Of a stretch of DNA of 64,000 bases, positions 50,861-64,000 are shown piece after piece. The DNA is from Mobula hypostoma (taxonomy: Eukaryota): the NCBI RefSeq assembly GCF_963921235.1, contig NC_086109.1, positions 21,640,001 through 21,704,000 of the forward strand, read 5' to 3'. The stretch's first letter is position 1; each line of letters begins with the position of its first letter. A program made the translations under genes and the position numbers. The notes below the pieces were generated by a model. It did not search any database. It had not been told where the DNA came from and was given only the letters and a program-made list of their open reading frames with translations.

Positions 50861-51859
50861 TCTTGATAAAAAAAAACTTACATTCCCTGACATTCCTCAT
50901 CCCCCCCAACCAATCCTCTAATCTCCTCAAAATTATGCCCCTGGTATTTGCCCTGGAAGTAGGTTCTGGCTATCGACTCAAACAATGCCTCTTATCATCT
51001 TGTACACCTTTGTCCACATTCTACTAGTCTCTGCTACTTCTCTCCTTCATTTTCACTACATTTCAGAGGCTAAAGTTGATGTACGTATGTAGGATGGAGT
51101 ACTTATCCTGGATGAACATTGTTAAATACCTTTCTTTGCTCTGAACTGGTCTTTATATTCTGTCTTTACGCTCAGCTCTGAATTTTAATCATTGATTGAC
51201 ATGCACGCCAGCTGTAGCCACTCTAATCCAATTATATTGTGATCAGTGTTTCCCGAATGCTCCCCTAGATAACAGAGTGGATCATTGAATCCATGTACAC
51301 CATCAAGCACCCTATACACTAATTCTACATTAATTGAATTTTATTCTCTGCACACTCTCATTAATTCATCACAGTTTCTACTACTTACAGTAGAGGCAAT
51401 TTACAGTGAACCACGTATCTCTAAATAACCACATCAAACTCGCACAGAGAACATTCAAAACTCTACACAACAGTACCAGAGGTCAGGATCAAACATGGAC
51501 TGCTGGAGTTGAAAGGCATCAACTCCGTTAGCTGTAGCACTCTGCTGGCCAGCTACTGAAATTTGTTCTGTTTTTTGTCTTTCATTGTTCAACCTTAATC
51601 ATCTTTACCTCCCTTCTTCTCTGAGCTGAAAGTTCAATGACCATGATAGCTCTGGACTCATCATTCAAACTTTCTTCCTTTTGCACTTCACACTGAATGT
51701 ACTTCAACTATTACCTGGACTGAAATCTGCCATAGTCACTCTTGCAATATTTTTTTTACAACTTACTGAAAACTCTGTGCACTCTCCATCTCCATCATAC
51801 TATTTGGTGTTCTGTAGTTTACACCAACACTGTAATTGCCTTACTGTCCCTTCCTTCTA

Positions 51860-52235
51860 ACCAACCACCCTCCCTCTCCCATCCTCTTCTATTCCCCACT
51901 CTGCCCTCTTACCTCTGCTCACCTGCCTATCATCTCCCTCTAGGACGCCTCCTCCTTCCCTTTCTCCTATGGTCCACTCTCCTTTCCTATCAGATTCCTT
52001 CTACTCCAGCCCTTTGTCTTTCCTACCCATCACCTCGAGCTATCCTCCTTCCTCTCCCCCCAACCTCTTTAATCTGGCATCTTCCCCCAACATTTCCAGT
52101 CTTGAAGAAGGGTCTCGGCTCGATGTGTCGACAGTCTATTCATTTCCACAGATGCTACCTGGTCTGCTGAGTTCCTCCAGCATTTTATATGTGCTGCTTT
52201 GGATTTGCAGCACCTGCAGAATTTCTTGTGTTTTT
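51860..52235 (+). mobile_element. Penelope pLTR, old, degenerate hammerhead at 52097-52134
   Basis: cagtcttgaagaagggtctcggctcgatgtgtcgacag followed by the family tail. Confidence 0.7.
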
Positions 52236-52309
52236 GATACCTCCTCTACTATCACGTTGCTTTTGACTGACAGTGTTGCACCCTCCCGTAGATCCATTCA
52301 TTCCCTATC

Positions 52310-54090
52310 CTTCAAATGCTTTGAGAGGCTGGTCAAGGATTACATCTACAGCCTGCTACCACCTAAACTGGACCCCCTACAATTCGCCTAACAACACAAC
52401 CGATCGACAGCCACTGCTCTACATACCGTTCTTACACATCTGGAGAAGAAGAATGCTTATGTGAGAATGCTGTTCTTGGACTACAGTTCAGCATTCAACA
52501 CCATAATTCCCTCCAGGCTCGACAAGAAGCTCAGAGACCTCGACCTTGACCCTGCCTTGTGCATCTGGGTCCTGGACTTCCTGTCAGATTGCCAGCAGGT
52601 AGTAAGAGTGGGCTCCCTCACCTCCACCTCTCTGACTCTCAATGCAGGAGCTCCTCAGGACTGTATACTGAGTCCTCTCCTTTACTTCCTGTATACTCAT
52701 GACTGTGTTGCCGCCGCCCCCCCCCCCAACAGCTCCACTCTGCTATTAAATTTGCCGATGTCACTACATTGATTGGCCTTATCTCAAACAATAATGAGGT
52801 GACCTACAAGGAAGAAGTCATCTCTCTAACACAGAGGTGTCAAAAAAACAACATCTCCCTCAATGTCGCAAAAACAAAGGAGCTGGTTGTGGATTACAGA
52901 AGGAATAACCCCTATTGCCATCAATGGATCTAGGGTTGAGAGGGTAAACAGCTTTAAGTTCCTCGGCAAACACATCACCAAGGAACACTAACAACTCGCT
53001 GGAGGAACTCAGCAGGTCGGGCAGCATCCGTGGAAACGATCAGTCAACGTTTTGGGCCGGAACCCTTCGTCAGGACTGTAGAGGGAAGGGGCAGAGGCCC
53101 TATAGAGAAGGTGGGGGGAGGGTGGGAAGGAGAAGGCTGGTAGGTTCCAGGTGAAAAACCAGTAAGGGGATAGATAAAGGGGTGGGGGGGGGGATGCAGG
53201 GAGGGGATGGGTGGGAAAGGTGAAGAAGGAATGGGGGAAAGCACAGTGGGTAGTAGAAAGAGGCGGAACCATGAGGGAGGTAGTAGGCAGCTGGGGGAGG
53301 GGCAGAGTGAAACTGGGATAGGAGAAGGGAGGGGGAGGGAATTGCCGGAAGTTGGAGAATTCTATGTTCATACCAAGGGGCTGGAGACTACCTAGACAGA
53401 ATATGAGGTGTTGCTCCTCCAACCTGAGTTTAGCCTCATCATGGCAGTAGAGGAGGCTATGTATGGATATCCGAATGGGAATGTGATCATCACCAAGGAC
53501 CTCACATGGTCTGCACACACTCGCTGTGTGGTGAAAAAGGCATAACAGCGCCTCTTTCACCTCAGACAGTTGAGGAAGTTTGGTATGGGACCTCAGATCT
53601 TAAGAACTTTCTACCGGGGCACAATTGAGAGCATCCTTACTGGCTGCATCACTGCCTGGTATGGGAACTGTATGTCCCTTAATCGCAGGACTCTGCAGAG
53701 AGTGGTGCGGACAGCCCAGCGCATCTATAGTTGTGAACTTCCTGTGATTCAGGACATTTACAAGGACAGCTGTGTAAAAAGAGCCCGTAGGACCATTGGG
53801 GACCCGAGTCACCCCAACCACAATCTATTCCAGCTGCTATCATCCAGGAAACAGTACCGCAGCATAAAAGCCAGGACCAACAGGCTCTGGGACAGCTTCT
53901 TCCACCAGGCCATCAGACTGATTAACTCACGCTGATTTGAGTGTACTCTATATTACATTCACTGTTCTATTTATTATAAATTACTATGATTGCACATTGC
54001 ACATTTAGATGGAGGTGCAATGTGAAGATTTTTACTCCTCATGTATGTGAAGGATGTAAGAGATAAAGTCAATTCAATTCAATTCAATTC
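52310..54090 (+). mobile_element. Rex1/Babar LINE with (CAATT)n tail, interrupted by a Penelope fragment
   Basis: KCFERLVKDYI, RMLFLDYSSAFNTIIP, RKFGMGPQILRTFYRGTIESILTGCI. Confidence 0.88.
52985..53487 (-). mobile_element. Penelope-like 3' fragment (third subfamily)
   Basis: RLEEQHLIFCLGSLQPLGMNIEFSNFR; hammerhead at 53041-53078 with GAAA mutated to AAAA; 12-bp TSD catcaccaagga (52973-52984, 53488-53499). Confidence 0.88.
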
Positions 54091-54794
54091 TTGAATAAAT
54101 TTAGCCAAAAATATTTAGTTCCACATCCTCTGTTTGTTGGATTGCTGCACTGGAATGCCAAGTGGCAACTGACAATGACAGCTTACATACCCACTATTCA
54201 CACTCAATGTATTTACACACATGAGCTTAGACAGTCTAATGCACGCAGCTGAGAACAGTAGGTGGTTATCGCAGCAGTATTCCGGTTCAGATGATTTATT
54301 TATCACATGTACAGCGAAACATGCAGTGAAATGCACCGTTTGCGTTAACAACCAGCACTACCTAAGGATGTGGTGGGGGTCGCCTGCAAGTGTCGTCAGA
54401 AGTTCTGGCTCCAAAGTCCCAAGCCCACCATGTGTGCAGGACAACTCAGAGCACAACAAAAACAACAACAGCAAAGCAAGCCCCTCCGCGCCCCCCCCCA
54501 CACACACACACACACAGGCCTCCAACTCCAGGACGTCACCTCTGGGCCTCCTCTGAACTCACAGTATACCAGGGATCGTTTGGGTTATAAGACTTATGAG
54601 AGTCAGGGCTCAAGGACTATTTAAGGGATTGTGGTAAACCATATATATATATATATATGTTGTAACTGGGTTACCTGTCTGGACACGCCCCTCTGCTGAC
54701 TGCTCCTGTGGCTCCTCCCACAGGCCCCTGAATAAAGGCGATTGTGCCACTGCTCCTCCCTCAGTCCAGGGCAGATACTCAACATGGTCGAGGA

Positions 54795-56142
54795 ACAAAA
54801 ACAACAGGAATTCTGCAGATACTGGAAATTCAAGCAACACACATAAAAGTTGCTGGTGAACACAGCAGGCCAGGCAGCATCTCTAGGAAGAGGTGCAGTC
54901 GACGTTTCAGACCGAGACCCTTCGTCAGGACTAACTGAAGGAAGAGTGAGTAAGAGATTTGAAAGTTGGAGGGGGAGGGGGAAATCCAAAATGATAGGAG
55001 AAGACAGGAGGGGGAGGGATGGAGCCAAGAGCTGGACAGGTGATTGGCAAAAGGGATACGAGAGGATCATGGGACAGGAGGTCCGGGAAGAAAGACGGGG
55101 GGGGGGTGACCCAGAGGATGGGCAAGAGGTATATTCAGAGGGACAGAGGGAGAAAAAGGAGAGTGAGAGAAAGAATGTGTGTATAAAAATAAGTAACAGA
55201 TGGGGTACAAGGGGGAGGTGGGGCATTAGCGGAAGTTAGAGAAGTCGATGTTCATGCCATCAGGTTGGAGGCTACCCAGACGGAATATAAGGTGTTGTTC
55301 CTATAATATCAGGTTGGAGGCTACCCAGACGGAATATAAGTGTGGCTTCATCTTTACAGTAGAGGAGGCTGTGGATAGACATGTCAGAATGGGAATGGGA
55401 TGTGGAATTAAAATGTGTGGCCACTGGGAGATCCTGCTTTCTCTGGCGGACAGAGCGTAGGTGTTCAGCAATACGATCTCCCAGTCTGCGTCAGGTCTCG
55501 CCAATATATAAAAGGCCACATCGGGAGCACTGGACACAGTATATCACCCCAGTCGACTCACAGGTGAAGTGTTGCCTCACCTGGAAGGACTGTTTGGGGC
55601 CCTGAATGGTGGTAAGGGAGGAAGTGTAAGGGCATGTGTAGCACTTGTTCCACTTACACGGATAAGTGCCAGGAGGGAGATCAGTGGGGAGGGATTGGGG
55701 GGGGTACGAATGGACAAGGGAGTTGCATAGGGAGCGATCCCTGCGGAATGCAGACGGGGGGGGAGGGAAAGATGCGCTTAGTGGTGGGATCCCGTTGGAG
55801 GTGGCGGAAGTTACGGAGAATAATATGTTGGACCCGGAGGCTGGTGGGGTGGTAGGTGAGGACCAGGGGAACCCTATTCCTAGTGGGGTGGTGGGAGGAT
55901 GGAGTGAGAGCAGATGTACGTGAAATGGGGGAGATGCGTTTAAGAGCAGAGTTGATAGTGGAGGAAGGGAAGCCCCTTTCTTTAAAAAAGGAAGACATCT
56001 CCCTCGTCCTAGAATGAAAAGCCTCATCCTGAGAGCAGATGCGGTGGAGACGGAGGAATTGCGAGAAGGGGATGGCGTTTTTTCAAGAGACAAGGTGAGA
56101 AGAGGAATAGTCCAGATAGCTGTGAGAGTCAGTAGGCTTGTA
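54795..56142 (-). mobile_element. Neptune-type Penelope-like element, 5'-truncated, close relative of 10052-11267
   Basis: Same GIY-YIG and pLTR sequence; 8-bp TSD gtcgagga (54787-54794, 56143-56150). Confidence 0.92.
54896..54933 (-). ncRNA. Minimal type-I hammerhead ribozyme motif, core intact
   Basis: tagtc CTGACGA agg-gtctcgg-tct GAAAC GTC gactg. Confidence 0.7.
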
Positions 56143-57981
56143 GTCGAGGACCCATTTTACTGCTAATAAAAGCCTTTCAGTATTTACTCTACTTCCAGTC
56201 TTTTGGAGTAATTGATAGTGCATCAGGGATGCTTCGCACATTTTCATTGACAAAGGTGAAGGAGGTTGTGGGAAAGTTCCTGGGTAGTCAAAAATGCAGG
56301 AGATCGGCAGGCAAGGCCAGAAGCAAAGGATGGGAGAGGGGAGGGCATCTGCAACATGATTAGGAAAGGGTGGGGGGTAGTGGTAACAGAGGCTCAGGCA
56401 TTAGTTCTGATACCTCACACCTTCAATGGCCTGAATTCAATCCTGACATTGACTGTAGTCTGTGTGGGGTTTGAATGTTTTCCCTCTGACTATAGGGGAT
56501 TTGTTAGGTGTCTGATTTCCTTCCATATCACCAAGACGTGGTTAATAGATTGTTTTAAATTCCCCTGATGTTGATAAGTAGCAAAACAATTAAAAAGGAG
56601 TTGAAGAGTGTCTAAAGCAATGGAGAATAAGTTTAAGGGTTACAGTGGGGGCATGTGACTAATGGGACTGCTCTTCTGAAAACCAGCATGGACCCGATAG
56701 GCCAAATAGCTTCCTTCCACGTTACAGTTCATATGCTAAGTGAACATGGCAAGGATGGTGAAGACCAGGGTCTTCAGCAGAGCGAAACAAGAGGATAGAG
56801 TCCTGAGATTTGGAAGAACACAAGGGGTGAATCAAGAAGTGGAGGGGTAGTGCCTCTTGTGGGGGGGGGAGGGGTTGCAGTACAGGTCAAAGGTAAATCA
56901 GGGTCATACACTCGAGCACTGCAGTGTCCGAGGAATGCTCGACAGTGATTGCTGCTGGGAATATTTAGTTAAATTTCTCCCACTGTACATCAGAACAAGA
57001 GAATAACATCGCACTCTGCTCAGGAGATGTGGAAGTCGCCTCAGGCATGCAAGGGCGAAGCACCCAATCAAATTTCCAGAGTGACCCGAATTGACCCTGA
57101 AATAGTCATTATTGCGTTTCAGTGTAAAACGATTTTCTACCATTGTAATGCAGAAAAAAAGAGCATTAGGCAATTGAATTTCAAAGTCACCTTGGACTTC
57201 ATTATCTGTCTGATCTCTTTCTGAACTATCCTTTATTCTGATGATATTTGCCTCTCTCAGCACTCATTGCTTCTCGTTTCTCCTCACTGATGCTTTGCTC
57301 TGCTTCGTATTCTCCCGCAAACTTAGTTTAAACCTTGAAACTGCCATTGATTTAACATTCGTACTATTGAACATTGCAATGTAATTTCAGGATATTTGCT
57401 TTGAAAAATTCTAAAAGAGCTTTAAACTAACACATCTGCTAATTCAAAGAATTAAATTTGGTGTGAAAATGTTATGTTTCAATGTATAATATTTAACATG
57501 TTCAATCATTATATATTCTATAATTGTGTTAAGCATCTTTTTTGTAAAGTCCCTCATTATTATGACTTATTTCCAAAATACAAAAGTCATTGGATGAATC
57601 TACATTACTTGCCACTAATAATCGCTCCATCTCTCTCCTCAAGCTGATGTCTGGGGCTGGACAAGAGTCCTTGTCAGGTCAGTGACCTAAATAGCAACGT
57701 GCTGAGCACCCAGCTCAAATTCATTCACTTGTTGAGGCTATCTTCTAAGACAACATCTCTGCCTTGTTTGAGATTAACCGCAGAAATCTGCAGCCACACC
57801 TTTTTTCTTTTCAGATTTAACTCTTCCTGTACTCTTCCGGTTGCTTTCCCACCTTGTACTTTAAGCTGGAACTTTCAAAAATGCGATTTCTATTTCCTGA
57901 CTCATAGCATCTCCCATGAGGGCTGCACAACCTCTGCAACCTGTTCCATCTCTGGCCTCTTCTACATCATCAATTATCTTT

Positions 57982-59158
57982 GCTCAGTGGCTTCTCTATT
58001 CAGTACACCTGTATGCCTGCATGTTAATACAAATATCTAATCAGCCAATCATGTGGCAGCAATTAAATACATAAAAGCATGCAAACATGATCAAGAGGTG
58101 CAGTTGTTGTTCAGACCAAACATCAGAAGAGGAAGAAATGTGAGCTAAGTATCTTCGGCCATGGAATGATTATTGGTGCTAAATGATTATTGGTTTAAGT
58201 ATCTCAGAAACGGCTGATGTCCTGGGATTTTCACGTACAGTACAACAGTCACTGGAGAATGGTGCAAAAACCAAAAAATGTCCAGTGAGCAGTAGTTCTG
58301 TGGGCAGAGTTTAAAAATACATTTGGACTAAGATGTTAACTGTCCTGTGCTATCACCAGTGGGATCACCAGTTGATCTGCCACCTGTCTTCAGGAGTTTC
58401 GGCCCGCTTATGATCAAGACTCCCTCGAGGTGGTGGGCCAGCAGTGCTAAAGCACTACCTCCCACTGGTGAGCTTAAAAACTTGGCATCTGCCTCTATCA
58501 GTCACTTCCATCCAACAGATAGTCTGCTCCTCAGGTGTCTATGCAACTACTGAAGGATTTGCAAGATATGTATACACTGTCTGACTATCTGCCCCTCTGG
58601 ACATACTTGGTCCACACCCATGCTGATCCTTTCTCTGCTGCCTCAGCTACAGCCCTGCTGGTTGACTTGATTTCTCTTCTAGTGATGCCAAGGTCATGCA
58701 GCCACAAAACACCTTGTTAAAGAGTGAGGTCAGAAGAGGTACACAAGGTACTTTATACTTTATTGTCGCCAAACAATTGATACTAGAATGTACAATCATC
58801 ATAGTGATATTTGATTCTGCGCTTCCTGCTCCCTGGATTACAAATCAATAGTAAATATTAAAAATTTAAATTATAAATCATAAATAGAAAATATAAAAAT
58901 GGAAAGTAAGGTAGTGCAAAAAAACTGAGATGCAGGTCTGGATATTTGGAGGGTACGGCCCAGATTTGGGTCAGGATCCGTTCAGCAGTCTTATCACAGC
59001 TGGAAAGAAGCTGTTCCCAAATCTGGCTGTACAAGTCTTCAAGCTCCTGAGCCTTCTCCCGGAGGGAAGAGGGACGAAAAGTGTGTTGGCTGGGTGGGTC
59101 ATGTCCTTGATTATCTAATTATTGATTAGGTACCTAATAAAGTAGCCATTGATTGTAT
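57982..59158 (+). mobile_element. Tc1-like element with internal insertions (unclassified repeat ~58330-58720; Rex-like 3' end 58748-59115, minus)
   Basis: Matches 14430-14730; right TIR ggtacctaataaagtagccattgattgta; 58748-58985 is nearly identical to 48586-48840. Confidence 0.65.
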
Positions 59159-60424
59159 ATCCATCTCAGTATTTTTCTCTGCTCCCACCTCTAGGTATCT
59201 CATGTCACCTTTAGTAACTTCTAACAAATTTTGTCCAATAATGTTTCAGCTTGGAATATCTTATTTCATTAAAGGCATTCTATACATGTGTATTTTTTTT
59301 TTGTTGTTCCAAAATTAGGAAGGTCTGAATGTAACAAAAGAAAGTGACGGAACAGAGAACAATACAACACAGGAGCAGACCCTTTGGCCTTGACATCTGC
59401 AAGGGAGCATGATGTCAAATTAAATGAATCCCTTTGGCCTGTACATGATCCATATCCTTCCATTCACTGCATAGTCACATGCCTGTCTAAAAGCCTCTGG
59501 AACATCACTGCTGCATCTGCAAAGTTGCTTCTGTTTTATCAATTCCTGAGAGATTAAGATCATTAGAAGAAGGATTAGTCCCAATGCTGTTTTCTTTGGG
59601 TTCCTGATTAAATTGCTGTCAGTGGTGGGTCAGGACCTAGTGATTTCTTGGCCTTGGAGGAAGTAGAAAGGCCGCAAAGGAGTCACAATAATAGGCTGTG
59701 AAGTTGGGAAAGGTCAAGCCCCATTCCAGGACTGTGATAAATACTCAGTGGAGTAACATGCTCCGTTGTGCTGGTTTGGGAGTAAATGCTTGGCTGCCTC
59801 CATTAATCATTGTGTATTAGTGTAAAGCAAGAGAGGTGTGAGCATTACCAAGGGCCCACTTGCTGACCTGCACAATCTCTTCTTCTAAGTAATGACCAGC
59901 CTGAGCTTTAAGCTCCTGCAGTATCTGTCAGCAATGGAATTCATTGTTTTAATATCCAGCCACAGATCAACATCACAACTTAATTCTGAAATGCTCAAGG
60001 GTTCCAAAATGAAGGGGAAGAATTGGTAGGTTCATACCTCCAGACTCTTTGCCATGGAACTTAACCCTATAAATGGTCATATTACTTCATCTTTAGTTTT
60101 CCTCCAGTTCATCATCATTCAGTACGTTGCATACCTAAATACATGGTTTACGATGCCCCTGCAGGGTACTAGCTCCTTTCTGCGCCTCGTGGGCACATCG
60201 GGCGGCAAACCTTGCTGTTTCTTTAGCAGTTTGTTTTGTTTTTTTATGAGGCCAAATTGTTAGCTTGACACTCAACTCAGCACAGATGGAAAGCATGCAA
60301 GAAACCGGCTGGATATGAACCCGGGACCACTTGTTTCGAAGTCCGGTATGGATGCCACGACGCCACTAGCCAGCGATCACCAGCTATATTGGGACATATT
60401 AAAGGGAGAGTTTATTTCTTTATT

Positions 60425-60682
60425 GAGATACAGTGGAATAGGCCATTCTGGCCTTTTGGGGCGTGCCGCCCAGCAACCCCCGATTTAACCCCAGCTCAAT
60501 CATGGGACAATTTACAATGAACAATTAACCTGTCTTTAGGCTGCGGGGGAAAACGAGAGCACCCGGAGGAAACCCACCTGGTCACGTGGAGAACGTACAA
60601 ACTCCTTACAGACAGTGGCGGGAGTTATGCCTAGGTGGCTGTCACTGTACAGCATTGTGTAAACCATTACACTACCATACCA
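60425..60682 (-). mobile_element. V-domain SINE
   Basis: Minus strand tgtaaggagtttgtacgttctccacgtgaccaggtgggtttcctccgggtgctc. Confidence 0.7.
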
Positions 60683-63119
60683 TTTTCCTCTAGTTCATTA
60701 TGATGCAGAGTGCATAGGTTGCATAATCAAATATCTTTTTTTAAGATGCACCAGCAGGATATTAGTTCCAGTATCACCAGCTATATCGGGGTATATTTAT
60801 AGGAGAATGGACTGTTAAGACTCAAAATCAAACTCCCACTCTTCCCCCACCTAGCCATCCTTAACCCCAAACCCCAATAAACAAAGGATGAATAGAAGTG
60901 TGCGTTGATTCATGTTCATGTTAAGGGAATACACAGGGCTCCATCAGACATTTCTGTGCCCCAGAGGCAATGTGGTTGAGCAGCAGAGTACATGTGATCA
61001 CAGTAAAAATTGGAGGTCAAAGATAAGTGAATGATCTGGAGTTTCACTTCATTATACTTAATGGTTCTTTGACTCTTTGTTTAGAACGTTCCATTGAAAG
61101 AATACATGAATTTCTGTGAAGGAGATAAAATACACCTGGTGTGTTCAACAGAATTATGGGTGTTTATGTTTCCAGAAGTGTCAGACTGCCAGTGTCCCCA
61201 TTCTGCTCACATCATGTCCTGCACTTTCTATAATAATCCCACATTCTCTCTTTCTGCTCAGTCCCACCCCACCTCATTCCAGTCCAATGAGGCATGACCC
61301 CATGTTGAGAACAGACCCCAACGGGTGTCAAATCAAAGTTTTCCACAGATGATTGGTCTTATTGGTATGCATTGGTTGTGTCATCTCTATGTCAGGTTAT
61401 TGTGCATTCAAGGCCCACTCTAGATCTTAGAATCCAGCCTGACACTCCCAGTGTATTACTGAAGAAACACTGAACTGAAGTTCACTGGAAACATAGTCAG
61501 CATGGACAAGTTGGGCCGAAGGTCCTCTTTCCAAGCTGTATGACTCTATATGACAGTAGAGTCTACAACAGGCTCCAGCAAGCATTCAGTTCTATATCCT
61601 ATTTTACAACAGCAACCAAAGATAATTTGCTACCTTCTGTTCACTCCTCTCTTTTACTCTTCCTTTACGAATTAATTAATTGCATAGAACCTGATTTAAC
61701 AAGAGGGTGAGGAAGAAGAGAAATTCATTTCCATGGGAGTTTAAATGATGTGGAACACAATGTTCCGGACTGGTGGAACAGATTCAATAGTAATGCTAAA
61801 AGGAGAAATGGGTAAATGCTTGAAAAATATACAGGCTATTGGGAAGGAGCAGAGGAGTGGAACAGATTAGCTAGCTCCAACAAAGAGCTGGCACAGGGAC
61901 AAAGGTCCATTTTCAATGCTGTGGGATGCTGTGAGTAGTTTTGTGGCAGAGCAATCATCCATAATGGATTTACATTCGCTCTTTTTGTTCCACTAAAATA
62001 TATGGATGTTCATTCTTATTTCATTTGTCAAAGACAATGGGAGGCAAAAAAAAAAGCTGCTATCTCAAACTCCAGCAATCCAAATTCAACCCCATATGCT
62101 GTCTGTGTGGAGTTTGCAAAGACGCACTGCTTTTCTCCCACATCCCAGAGATACGCAGCTCAGCAGGATAAATTACCCCTGTATATTGCAATGGAAGGGG
62201 GAGGGGGAGGAGATGGGAATGTGGGAAGATTATGGAGGAATGAGATTGCACTGGGAGAAGGCATAGATTCGGTGAGGTCAAAATGACCTCCCTCAGTGTC
62301 AAATGGAAATTTGACGTAGGAAAAGAATTTACATTTTTGAAGTGCATGAATGAATAACCTAGAAGTGGATAATGTTGCCATTCACTCAAATCTCTGGAGT
62401 GAAAATAACTACTCAAAAATAATTATAAAACATATATTACTTCAACCAAATCATGAGCTATTGAAATAAACAACACTGTCAAGTCAAAACTCCAAGCCCT
62501 GGTTTTGTATCCCATACCTTTAAGCTACAAATGCAAGTTTTCAGAGATTTCCACTGCATGAGAAAGTCCATCTACAAAAACTGTATGTTTTTATCAATAC
62601 TCAGTTTTACTTTTGTATCAAGAGAATCTGCTTGGGTATAAGATTAAGACCCACTTCTAATATTTTCCTAACCTGATTAAATTCAACCTGGCTACCTACA
62701 TGTCTTTATTTCTATTTCTTTGCCATCCTCTCTACCTTCTTGCCTCTTTCTTTCCCTTTATCTCCAACTCTCAGCATAGTTGTATCTATCTGAACCAACC
62801 AGTAAGATGTATAGGTTCCTTTGAGCTCAGGCATTTAGACAAAGTGTGGTGAATAACTAGTCCACTGGATGGTTCTAGTCCTGCACTTACCCTCGCTGGC
62901 AATCCCTGGCTGTTACCATGGCTCTGACCCTTAGGTCAACAGTTCTAAGGCAATGCCAAGACAGTTTCCACTTGTAGAAATGAGATACTACCAGAAGACT
63001 AATCAAATATCAGAAGGATTGCAGTAGCTGTTATGAAGATCCAACACAACCCCATTGTCTACTCAGTATTCTCCGAACTACCCCTGCAATCTGCATGGTG
63101 CCAGATCAGTGGCATTCAG

Positions 63120-64000
63120 GTTTGATAACCAAGTAAAATACAAGAGGTCCAGGTCCAGAAAGCCATCTCACAGGTGAAGTGGCAATTCCAGACCAAACTT
63201 GAATCACTGACAGATGCTCAACAGTTGTGGCAGGGCTTGAATACAATCACCTCCTACAAAGTGAAACCAAGCGACATAGGTGACAACAGGGCTTCTGATC
63301 CAGATGAGCTCAATGCCTTTTATGCTCTATTGATCATCAAACATGGAGGCACTTTCACAAGTTCCCACAGCTCCCAATCACCCTGCGATTTCAGGCTTTG
63401 TGGCTGACATGAGTGCATTCTTCAGGCAGGTGAACCCATGGAAAACATCCAGCCCAGACGGGCGACCTGGCCAAGTAATAAAAAACTCTGTTGATCAACC
63501 GGTTATAGTGTTCACCGATGTCTTTAAACTCTCACTTCAACAGTCTGAGGTACCCACCTGCTTCAAACGGGCTTCAATCAAACTGATGCCCAAGAAGAAC
63601 ATGGTAACCAGCCTCAAGACTATTATCTGGTAGCACTTATATCCGCTGTGATGAAGTGTTTTGAGAGGTTGGTGTTGAAACATATCAACTCCTGCTTGAG
63701 AAGCGACTTGGATCCACTCCAATTTGCCAACCCTTACAACAGGTCCACAGCGGATACCATTTCATTGGCTTTTCGCTCAGTCTTGAAATATCTGGACAGC
63801 AAAGATGCATACAACAGGATGGCCTTCATTGACTACAGCTCAGCATTTAATACTATCATCTTCTCAAAACTAATCAATGAGCTTCAAGTCCTAAGCCTTA
63901 CTACCTCCTTGTGCAACTGGATCCTCAATTCCGTTACTTGCAGACTCCAGTCAGTTCGGATTGGCAACAACATCTCCACTATCTTCATCACCACAGGGCT
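63120..64000 (+). mobile_element. Rex1/Babar LINE fragment running off the window end
   Basis: QQLWQGLNTITSYK, PDELNAFYA, EVPTCFKRASI, LDPLQFA, FIDYSSAFNTII. Confidence 0.85.

Larger units (their letters stand above)
54630..56225 (+). mobile_element. Solo LTR (~240 bp: 54630-54794 plus 56151-56225) split by a Penelope insertion
   Basis: TG...CA termini, perfect 5-bp TSD gggat (54625-54629, 56226-56230), AATAAA at ~56165, internal (TA)n. Confidence 0.75.

Noticed and set aside
1..64000. Short ORFs of 60-150 aa outside the elements listed
   Set aside because: Mostly antisense or alternate frames of retroelements, or chance ORFs with non-ATG starts; none has a recognisable host-protein motif

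Overview
Eukaryotic, repeat-saturated vertebrate DNA with no recognisable host protein-coding exon. The repeat set (CR1, Rex1/Babar, RTE, L1, Neptune-type Penelope-like elements, V-domain/HE1-like and Deu-domain SINEs, Tc1 and hAT derivatives, solo LTRs) suggests an intron or intergenic region of a cartilaginous fish; that assignment is inference. Almost all listed ORFs are retrotransposon fragments or antisense noise. The main signal is a Penelope-like (GIY-YIG) family whose terminal repeat carries a minimal type-I hammerhead ribozyme motif (AGTC-CTGAYGA-stem II-GAAAC-GTH-GACT) at about 16 loci in 64 kb. The family appears as ORF-bearing copies, fold-back mini-elements, solo ribozyme units and 36-44 bp tail-only micro-insertions, many with 8-14 bp target-site duplications (TSDs). 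Also resolved: a young twin-primed L1, a hAT element with an 8-bp TSD, two solo LTRs with 5-bp TSDs, several nested insertion stacks, and a decayed ~66-bp tandem array. Family names come from motif recognition by eye, not database searches. Boundaries without TSDs are approximate.
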